From: Spirochaetaceae bacterium
GTDB taxonomy: Bacteria > Spirochaetota > Spirochaetia > DSM-2461
Reading direction: 5' to 3'
Length of the DNA: 64,000 nucleotides
Assembly (NCBI GenBank): GCA_051531975.1
Contig: JAOPTT010000005.1
Location: 128,001 to 192,000, forward strand
Shown in pieces: positions 61,101-64,000 of this stretch. The position numbers and the translations under genes were made by a program. The notes under the pieces are model-generated. The model searched no databases. It saw nothing but the letters and a program-made list of their open reading frames with translations, and had not been told where the DNA came from. Every line of letters starts with the position of its first letter. Within the stretch, counting starts at the first letter, position 1.

Positions 61101-61302
61101 AACCTTCTCTATTCATAAGGAAATAGTCGTGGAAGTCTCTATTACAAGAAAAAATACATTTGGTCCTCTTTACAATCCTCTCTCTAATATGGGAACTGTT
61201 GGGCCAAAATCGTTTATAACAGGGTGGAAATGGTTCTACAGAAAACCTACTTTCATTAAATCAGGTCTTATTAGACCAATTATTATCCATAGGAGTAAAT
61301 AA
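58198..61302 (+). CDS. GH106-like glycoside hydrolase (alpha-L-rhamnosidase-like)
   Basis: PFWSWNG, GGFFMHSR.GL, WIYDED.WPSG.AGG, FTDEP and TGH. Confidence 0.8.
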   Translation: MDNIEKIFNNPGPQWRGKPFWSWNGDLKEEELLRQIQILKDMGFGGFFMHSRTGLATEYLGEKWFQLINRCAEEGEDLGMEAWIYDEDRWPSGTAGGMVTENPEYQMKFIHLDISNGRDFSLKDAEKQEGKWLGAWSCRLKNKFDIYDLKKVNKETSLKEIRNKKILSFRVVPMESSPFYNGATYVDTMKREATDEYIRLTHEAYKEHCGEHFGKAIKGVFTDEPHRGPFMSGFSLHHYKGGNPLFMVPWTDTLFEEFFKVFGYSVEENLPKLFLRYKGQKVSDIKAHYAEIMLKLFINNFAKPCYNWCEDNNLKLTGHVLHENNFSSQVSTNGSVQRYYPHMHIPGVDVLSEHTRDYWLVKQVDSTARQFGQKWILSELYGCTGWQMSFQQHKAMGAWQTLFGVNLRSHHLSWYSMQGESKRDFPASIFHQSPWYKEYDKVETWFSRLGYFRSLGNPICDLLVINPVESVWGRVYPGAIKVMDAQDRGIKKLEKKYSKLFHILAGNQIDFDYGDEGLLEEHGSVSGETSELKLGEMKYKTVLVAGMSTIRKSTLVLLRQFQKVGGRLVFAGDIPDYVDSKLSSEVEDLLFSGLQCEFREKEIVETLTSIIDRPCRILGSASGKREKQVFSQFRKDKDGEYLTVLNMNRKKTLSIDIELNRTTDAVEEWNLDDGQRYKEKTHISNGRLYIDTLKLAPSGALCFRLASSTDLPAKKDEFKATSHRSKLSGSCNYSLGEKNICVLDRPKWNLMDAGFSGPMEILQIDRLIRNNLNIPLRGGEMVQPWFRAKQSFESLGSLKLEYNLKITAGALQSMKTAELVLETPERFNLIVNGQSVDLKQDNGFWTDIAFRRIPLPEDIFVEGINHLELSCDFREDVNLEALYLIGDFAVDVSRRTLCINPLPKKVVPRNLVKQGFPFYSGSFFYHYDVPQNLQDSEVLITIPQYYGAYVKLHSGTHDKIVPWLPAETTFSIHKEIVVEVSITRKNTFGPLYNPLSNMGTVGPKSFITGWKWFYRKPTFIKSGLIRPIIIHRSK

Positions 61303-62318
61303 TGAACAAAGAAAAAAAGAATGGTTATATAGATAATAGACCAGTAGCAATAAAGAGAATGGAAGCCCAGGATGAAGGGGTTATTTTAAAACATGGTGAC
61401 ACCTTTGATTCCTTCGGAGCTCGGGATGTTTTTGTATGGGAAGATAATAATACATATTACATGCATTATGATGCCGCAGATCCAGATGTTGGCTGGCTTT
61501 GCTCACTTGCGACCAGTAAAGATCTTAAAACATGGGTAAAACATGGTCCAATTCTGGAGTTGGGGAAACCTGATGAGGAAGACTCAAAAAGTGCCAGTTA
61601 TGGTACTACATATTTTAGTGAAAACAAATGGCATATGTATTATTTAGGTACACCAAACACCTTTCCAGCCCCGGAAAGGGTTCCGGCATTTCCATATATG
61701 ACAATGAAAGCTACTTCACATTCACCTATGGGACCCTGGACAAAACAGAAGGAAGTTATTCCATTTAGACCAGTACCCGATAGTTATTACAGTGATACTG
61801 CTAGCCCCGGTCAGATTATAAAACACAAGGGTGAATATCTTCAGTTTTTTAGTGCTTCAATATCTTTTTATGATGAAAAGACAAAAGTTATGGCAAAAAG
61901 GACCCTGGGAATTGCCAGAACTAATAACTTCGATGGAGCTTGGACTGTTGATAAAGATCCCATTCTACCTTTAGAAGAACAGGTAGAGAATTCTGCCCTA
62001 TATTATGAAGAGCAAAACAAAACCTGGTTTCTTTTCACAAATCATATTGGTATAGAAGAGGGAATTGGCGAATATACAGATGCAATATGGGTATATTGGT
62101 CAGAAGATCTGAATAAGTGGAACAGAGATAATAAAGCTGTAGTTCTGGATAATCAAAATTGCACATGGTCAGATAAAATTATTGGATTACCTTCGGTAGT
62201 TAGAGTCAAAGATAAATTAGCAGTTTTTTATGATGGTCTATCAGATGAATCTACTTCCCACTGCCACAGGGATGTTGGTTTGGCCTGGCTTAATCTACCT
62301 CTTGAAATTCCGGAATAA
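61302..62318 (+). CDS. Five-bladed beta-propeller glycoside hydrolase-like protein
   Basis: Repeated blades with Asp-box-like motifs (ATSKDLKTW, SEDLNKW), YYMHY and GLA. Confidence 0.65.
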   Translation: MNKEKKNGYIDNRPVAIKRMEAQDEGVILKHGDTFDSFGARDVFVWEDNNTYYMHYDAADPDVGWLCSLATSKDLKTWVKHGPILELGKPDEEDSKSASYGTTYFSENKWHMYYLGTPNTFPAPERVPAFPYMTMKATSHSPMGPWTKQKEVIPFRPVPDSYYSDTASPGQIIKHKGEYLQFFSASISFYDEKTKVMAKRTLGIARTNNFDGAWTVDKDPILPLEEQVENSALYYEEQNKTWFLFTNHIGIEEGIGEYTDAIWVYWSEDLNKWNRDNKAVVLDNQNCTWSDKIIGLPSVVRVKDKLAVFYDGLSDESTSHCHRDVGLAWLNLPLEIPE

Positions 62319-62406
62319 TTAGCTTTCCTATAAACAACGGGAGGAATATTTTTCGTGAAAAAACTTGAAAGGTTTTATATATAAATAAGATAAATGGAAG
62401 AAGGTA

Positions 62407-64000
62407 ATGAATAAAATAGAGAAAAAAGGGCAATTTATCTGGAATGGTAATACTAAAACACCAAATCAGCATGTAGTTTTAAAAAAAGATTTTGTATTGG
62501 AAACTCTACCAAACCAGGCTTATGCCTATATTGCTGTAGATACTAAGTACTGGTTAGAGGTTAATGGGACTATGGTTATTTTTGAAGGTGGTCTGTTTCG
62601 GGAGAGTCTGCCTGGGAGTGGTTATACCGATAAAATAGATCTGGCACCATATCTGATTAAGGGTGAAAACAGACTCTCTGTATATGTCCATTATTATGGT
62701 AATGGTGGGCGAAATAGTTCTGACAGTGGTAGCCCTAGTTTCTTATTTCAATGTGATGAAATAAGTCTTTACAGCGATGATACTTTCAGATGCACAAACC
62801 ATCCTGCCTATTACAATACGGGAAAACCACAGCCGGCCTATCTTTATGGTGGACATAACATCGGTTACGATGGGCGTAAAACTCTGGAAGAAAAAGAGTT
62901 TGTGAATGCTATAGTACTTACCAAACACTCTTTTGGTGAAATGTATGAACGGCCAGTTCCATTAACAAAATTGATGGACTTGAATAAGGGGGAATATACA
63001 AATGTTAATGACAATGTATACTCTCTTAAATTGCCCTATGCTATGGCCATGTCCCCATGTTTTGTCATTCAGGCAAACGAGGGAACAGTTATAGATATAA
63101 GAACAGACAGGTATACAGTTCCCGGGGGACCTGGAGATAATGCCAACTCCTATAATAGTCACCGAATAGAGTATATCTGTAGGGATGGTGAAAACGAATT
63201 TAAATCCCAGCACTATCTTTTTGGTGAGGAGATTATCTTTAAAACAGACAAACCTATCCAGATTAAGTGGTTGGGTTATAAGGAAAGTGGTTACGATACG
63301 GATATCGTCGGATCTTATGATTCGAGTTGTCAGATTATGAACAAACTTGTGGAAAAATCAGCTAGAACTCTCTACGTCTGTATGAGGGATAACTTTATGG
63401 ATTGTCCAGACCGGGAGAGAGGGCAGTGGATAGGGGATGTCTCAGTTCAAGCACCCCAGGTCTTCTCCCTCTTATCATTATCAGCCAGAGCCTTGCTAAA
63501 AAAATCAATTATGGATTTTATCAACCTTAGAAAAGCAGATGTGCTTTTAGGTAATGTTCCGGGAGATAATTTTTCTGAGCTTCCTTCCCAGAGCCTTAAT
63601 GCTATCAGTGAACTGGGGATGATCTCTAACTATTATAAATACACAGGGGATAAGCAGGTTATTGAGGCTTCATTTGAACCATGTATCAAGTATCTAAAAC
63701 TCTGGGATATGGACAGTAACGGTCTCATTACTCACAGAAATGGAGACTGGGATTGGCAGGATCACTTACACAATGTTGATAAACCGGTTCTATCAAATGC
63801 CTGGTACTATTCTGCTCTTAAATTTGCATTAAAAATGTCAGATATTCTGAATGAAAAAAAGCATGACCAGTTTCTAGAATCGAGGATAAAATCCATAAAA
63901 CTCAATTTTAATAGACTCTTTTGGAAAGAGAATTATTATAGTTCAGAAGGTGTTGTTGACGACAGAGCCAATGCCCTGACGGTTCTAGTGGGGCTATGTC
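62407..64000 (+). CDS. GH78-related alpha-L-rhamnosidase (3' end runs off the window)
   Basis: Not in the ORF track. Manual translation gives MNKIEKKGQFIW..., IAVDTKYWL.VNG, EGGL and MRDNFMDCPDRERGQWIGD. Confidence 0.85.
   Translation, partial: MNKIEKKGQFIWNGNTKTPNQHVVLKKDFVLETLPNQAYAYIAVDTKYWLEVNGTMVIFEGGLFRESLPGSGYTDKIDLAPYLIKGENRLSVYVHYYGNGGRNSSDSGSPSFLFQCDEISLYSDDTFRCTNHPAYYNTGKPQPAYLYGGHNIGYDGRKTLEEKEFVNAIVLTKHSFGEMYERPVPLTKLMDLNKGEYTNVNDNVYSLKLPYAMAMSPCFVIQANEGTVIDIRTDRYTVPGGPGDNANSYNSHRIEYICRDGENEFKSQHYLFGEEIIFKTDKPIQIKWLGYKESGYDTDIVGSYDSSCQIMNKLVEKSARTLYVCMRDNFMDCPDRERGQWIGDVSVQAPQVFSLLSLSARALLKKSIMDFINLRKADVLLGNVPGDNFSELPSQSLNAISELGMISNYYKYTGDKQVIEASFEPCIKYLKLWDMDSNGLITHRNGDWDWQDHLHNVDKPVLSNAWYYSALKFALKMSDILNEKKHDQFLESRIKSIKLNFNRLFWKENYYSSEGVVDDRANALTVLVGLC

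Noticed and set aside
1..64000. CRISPR arrays, tRNA/rRNA genes, IS elements or integrases
   Set aside because: No spaced direct repeats, cloverleaf motifs or transposase/integrase ORFs were seen on manual reading, and intergenic gaps are short.

Overview
AT-rich bacterial chromosomal segment, probably from an anaerobic, free-living spirochaete (a guess from the CPA2 antiporter-PTS EIIA fusion and the style of the solute-binding-protein leaders). Bases 1-18.8 kb look like core genome: partial murE, a three-gene unit (divergent QueD-like protein, orphan adenine DNA methyltransferase, RlmG-like methyltransferase), feoABC, class 3 FBPase, a GNAT, the antiporter and a YesM/YesN-linked sugar ABC transporter. 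Bases 19-36.6 kb hold a 14-gene Wsp/ACF-type chemosensory cluster. All three of its GGDEF-like output domains have lost the catalytic motif but keep an RxxD I-site, two of them sit on histidine kinases, and an intact HD-GYP phosphodiesterase lies alongside. Bases 37.7-43.2 kb encode a trimeric [FeFe] hydrogenase whose NuoF-like subunit is fused to a GltD/NfnB-like NADPH-type flavodomain and has lost its N-terminal 2Fe-2S ligands. Bases 43.4-64 kb are two divergent glycan-use units. One has a sulfatase, an MFS transporter, a GxGYxYP protein and a GH99-like protein, with a repeated TGATATATCA motif. The other is a LacI-regulated ABC transporter with a beta-propeller-fused permease plus three rhamnosidase-like enzymes. 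I saw no tRNA, rRNA, CRISPR array, transposase or integrase. All calls are by motif reading only; no searches were run.
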